Part shown: positions 60,915 to 64,000 of the stretch, in pieces
Position numbering within the stretch: the stretch's first letter is position 1
Layout: each line of letters starts with the position of its first letter
From: an uncultured Clostridium sp.
GTDB lineage: Bacteria; Bacillota; Clostridia; TANB77; CAG-508
NCBI GenBank assembly: GCA_947648905.1
Contig: CANSPP010000007.1
Location: 11,158 to 75,157 of the forward strand
DNA length: 64,000 bases
Reading direction: 5' to 3'
Notes under the pieces: model-generated
Databases searched by the model: none
What the model was told of the DNA's origin: nothing
Seen by the model: the letters and a program-made list of their open reading frames with translations, nothing else
Program-made: the position numbers and the translations under genes

Positions 60915-61198
60915 CTATTTCCAATTGTACTTCCCCAAGGATAACCTAAGAGCAAATGGACCATAATTAATTTGTTCAACAGATTTTAGTTCTATTTCGG
61001 TCATCTCCGTTTGAGCATAGAAATCATTCTCCCTAATTACTTTTACTTTATCATCTACAACAATTTTTCCTTTTATTTTATTCAACACTGTTACTAGTAT
61101 CGCTTTATTGTTGCTATTACTGTTTTTATATGCAACATCATTATTCCTTTATTGTCCTTAACAGAACCTATTGCTAATACTATTAAATTTATACCATT
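60915..61198 (-). pseudogene. decayed paralog of the pseudopilin gene (N-terminal deletion plus frame change)
   Basis: Reads NGINLIVLAIG-SVKDNKGIMM, then a stop. A second frame continues for about 70 codons. The DNA aligns to 60760..60800, except that roughly 40 nt encoding the hydrophobic core are missing. Its 5' end is overlapped by the Rpn gene's stop. Confidence 0.5.
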
Positions 61199-62208
61199 TT
61201 TAATTCTTTTAGTTTTTCCTCGTCTATTTGTGCTATTTTCATTATTTGTTCATCACTTATGTGATTTTTTATCATTTGTTTTATCATCTTAGAAACTCCA
61301 CGTTTTTCTCCGCGTTTTTCGCCACGTTTTTCTCCACTTTTTATCCCTTCTTTTATTCCTTTTTTAAAATTATCTTCTAATGCTTGTAAAAATGTTTCTT
61401 CAAATCTCATATCTTTCGCATCTCCCTTCATTATTTTTTCAAAATATTCGCTATTACTTGGCAATATTTTTCTTATTTTATTTGAATATTTAAGTATCTT
61501 TGTAATACATTTTCTTTCTTCTATTGTCAAAACTTTTTGATTTAACTTTTCTAGCATTTTTATTACGTCTTTTGATTTTACTTTTTCAAACAATAGTGCT
61601 TTTGATAATTCTGTATTTTCTTTTATCAATCTTTCATTGCTATAATTGTTTATATCAATTAAACTATAAACTGGATAGTTTGATTTCTGAATACCATAAT
61701 CGTAACTATCTTGTTCTGAAATCTCTATAGTTGTTGGTATATTCCATTTTCTATTGCCTGTATATAATACTATTGGATATATTGTAGGGAATTTACCTTT
61801 ATTGTATTTACATACTGTTTTTCCTAATTCTAAACAATATTCTACCATTCTAATTGGCATATTTTTATCTACCTTTGATTGATGTTCGATTAATATATAT
61901 ACATTCTTATCTTTTATTTTGTATATCATATCAGCTTCTTTGACTTTTAAATTTGATGTTATAAATTTTTGTCTGCAATTCTCTATTTCTTCCTCCTCTA
62001 CTTTTTTAAATTTATCGTTTTCTAAATAATATTTTATAAAATATAATAACTCTTTTCTATTGTCTAATATTTCTTTAAATATTTTATCCTGATATTGATG
62101 CGTAGCTTTTTGAGAAATGTTATACTCTTCTTTATCTTCCATTAGTATCCATTTCTCCAAAAATTTTGGTGCATATTTCATATAATTTTCAATTGTAAAA
62201 CTTACCAT
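61189..62208 (-). mobile_element. Rpn/YhgA-like recombination-promoting nuclease / putative transposase (PD-(D/E)xK)
   Basis: 339 aa. FKEILDNRKELL ... ADMIYKIKDKNVYILIEHQSKVDKNMPIRMVEYCLEL matches the Rpn family core. C-terminal GEKRGEKRGEKRG repeat. Confidence 0.7.
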
Positions 62209-62630
62209 ATTCTATTCTCCTTTTATTATATCCTTTCTTTATTTCATTGTCAATATTTCTTTATTGGTAAATATAAGACTATTTCTAATTATTTCTCTAA
62301 CATTCTTTTCCTTTCGCTTTTTTTCTTATTTTTGATTTTTTTAGAATTAATTTTTGATTTAAAAACTTTTGACTAAATACTTTAACACTATAACAAAATT
62401 TTTCTTCTTTTTCAATACTTTTATTGAGCTTTTTTCAACTTCTCATCGCAAAATTCGACCTTTTTCGACATTCTTTATTTGCATAAGCCACTTCTTTATA
62501 TTCAGTTAAAATTCATATTTAGCATATGTACTTTGTTATATCCTAACAATAAATGCCTGAAAAATACAATCTCTTATTTTAAACTGTATCTTTCAAGCAT
62601 TATTTAATATTTATTCTTATTCTCTTCTAA

Positions 62631-63647
<1,017 letters not shown>

Positions 63648-63691
63648 TTAATTTTATTTTGCCCTTCTTAGGACATTCCTATTCTATAACA

Positions 63692-63719
63692 AAAAAAAAG
63701 ACTTTTCAAGTCTTTTTTT
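63692..63719 (-). terminator. terminator after the GH15 gene (same set)
   Basis: AAAAAAAAAGACTTTTCAAGTCTTTTTTT. Confidence 0.75.
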
Positions 63720-63723
63720 AATC

Positions 63724-64000
63724 TTATCCATATAATTTTTCTAAAACTATAATAAACATTGCGTGAGACCAACCAAGTCCAATAACCCAATTAGGCTTTA
63801 ATGTAGAATTATCAACCTGTTCACCCAAATAAAAATGTTTTCCTGCTGTTTTAACAACAAAATCAAAAGTTTCTTTAGCAAGTTTCTTTTCTCCTGCTTC
63901 TAAATAATATAAAGTCATCCAAAGGTTTGCAATAGGCCAAGGATTTCCATTCATATATCCATCTTGTTCATATCTTTGATATCCACCAGTATAAGTTCTT
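63724..64000 (-). CDS. GH15 glucoamylase-like protein, C-terminal part (5' end outside window)
   Basis: The open frame continues to the window edge. The C-terminal ...NGNPWPIANLWMTLYYLEAG...GLGWSHAMFI resembles the GH15 (alpha/alpha)6 barrel end. Confidence 0.6.
   Translation of the reverse strand, partial: RTYTGGYQRYEQDGYMNGNPWPIANLWMTLYYLEAGEKKLAKETFDFVVKTAGKHFYLGEQVDNSTLKPNWVIGLGWSHAMFIIVLEKLYG

Overview
AT-rich Firmicutes/Clostridia-type chromosome, likely a spore former (alpha/beta SASP, ctsR-mcsA-mcsB-clpC, prkC/stp). Almost all genes are on the minus strand. I saw no rRNA, tRNA or CRISPR. All coordinates and translations outside the ORF track are hand-derived and may be off by a few bases.

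Gene content in window order:
- A Tad/Flp-like type IVc pilus operon (1-11672).
- Cof hydrolase, SASP and hpf.
- era-yqzL-recO, a GT4 glycosyltransferase and a WG-repeat surface protein.
- tgt-queA, pnp-rpsO and folA-thyA.
- tig-clpP-clpX, rpmB and nth.
- rpe-rsgA-prkC-stp, mutS2 and dxs.
- The ctsR operon with two CtsR boxes.
- nfeD plus an SPFH gene.
- A GGGtGRT/NifU-like pair.
- A disrupted gap...pgk-tpiA-gpmI glycolytic cluster.

Main hunt results:
1. Five recognisable genes (tadA/cpaF, recO, queA, stp and a pilin-LRR gene) are each broken by a single extra C. The C creates an in-frame CGG, and the protein continues in the +1 frame exactly at a conserved Gly codon. In my manual scan no other recognisable gene uses CGG in frame. 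This suggests CGG-directed +1 recoding or 4-base decoding. The alternatives are a systematic assembly artefact or pseudogenisation.
2. A family of short palindromic repeats with a GGGGACG core occurs solo or as inverted pairs in at least 12 places. One copy is inserted in frame inside mutS2.
3. Two compositionally atypical orphan ORFs are the only places where CGG is read through as sense.
4. The gap-pgk junction carries an Rpn-nuclease and pseudopilin insertion with a duplicated upstream segment.
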